A DNA stretch of 64,000 bases from Candidatus Saccharimonadales bacterium (GTDB lineage Bacteria > Patescibacteriota > Saccharimonadia > Saccharimonadales > JBBQAJ01): assembly GCA_038206875.1 (NCBI GenBank), contig JBBRAK010000003.1, positions 24,034 to 88,033 of the forward strand. The letters run 5' to 3'. Below the pieces are notes generated by a model. The model worked only from the letters and a program-made list of their open reading frames with translations. It had not been told where the DNA came from and searched no databases. Shown here piece by piece: positions 63,777-64,000 of the stretch (the stretch's first letter is position 1; each line of letters opens with the position of its first letter). The position numbers and the translations under genes are program-made.

Positions 63777-64000
63777 TCAGCTTTTGAGTGGCATGATAAC
63801 GTGAGCATAATCACCATGTTTTGGTCCACTCAACAAACAAGCCTCAAGTTTGCCGTTAAATCCTACTTTAACTTCATCTCCATTTATAGCATGAAGGGCA
63901 TCCAGTATATATCTAGAGTTTAGTGTTATTACGCCTTCACCGTCAATTTTTGCATTGGCGCTGGCAGTGTTTTCGCCTAATTGCGAAGCAATCGAACGTA
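63777..64000 (-). CDS. dnaN: DNA polymerase III beta subunit (partial; C-terminal 74 aa, N-terminus beyond the right edge)
   Basis: Not in the ORF track (edge). My translation is ...ITLNSRYILDALHAINGDEVKVGFNGKLEACLLSGPKHGDYAHVIMPLKS*. It has a typical DnaN C-terminus in the conserved dnaN-recF order. Confidence 0.8.
   Translation of the reverse strand, partial: RSIASQLGENTASANAKIDGEGVITLNSRYILDALHAINGDEVKVGFNGKLEACLLSGPKHGDYAHVIMPLKS

Noticed and set aside
1-64000. CRISPR arrays, rRNA operons and IS elements
   Set aside because: Visual scanning found no regularly spaced direct repeats, no 16S/23S/5S-like sequence and no transposase-like ORF.

Overview
This is a tightly packed, low-GC bacterial chromosome segment with almost no non-coding space. 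The gene content and style suggest a reduced-genome CPR/Patescibacteria organism with a Gram-positive-like envelope, probably Saccharibacteria; that assignment is inference only. About two thirds of the window is housekeeping: polA, the dnaG-rpoD operon, argS, valS, groES-groEL with a CIRCE operator, tsaD, a MurE-like ligase, orn, msrB, mscL, recF and the end of dnaN. It also holds several HAD hydrolases, an OtsA/OtsB fusion, four tRNAs (three Ser, one Arg) and an hsp20. The standout is an ~18 kb locus (44.5-62.7 kb) that reads as a Gram-positive/CPR-type type IV secretion-like apparatus. It has six tandem VirB2/TrbC-like pilin paralogs on the minus strand. Divergent from them is an operon encoding a giant VirB6-like polytopic protein, a very basic protein, a PrgI/VirB3-like protein, a VirB4-N-domain-like protein, a VirB4 ATPase, a 1066-aa membrane-anchored protein, a three-domain cell-wall hydrolase and a 502-aa exported protein. 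No VirD4, relaxase, integrase or transposase is visible in the window. Secondary points of interest: a three-gene lipid head-group operon with an archaeal-type CarS (DUF46) homolog; a DnaG whose four zinc ligands are all substituted; a valS leader with a uORF that mimics the ValRS N-terminus; sortase-type surface proteins; and several unexplained structured intergenic elements. No CRISPR array, rRNA or recognisable IS element was seen.
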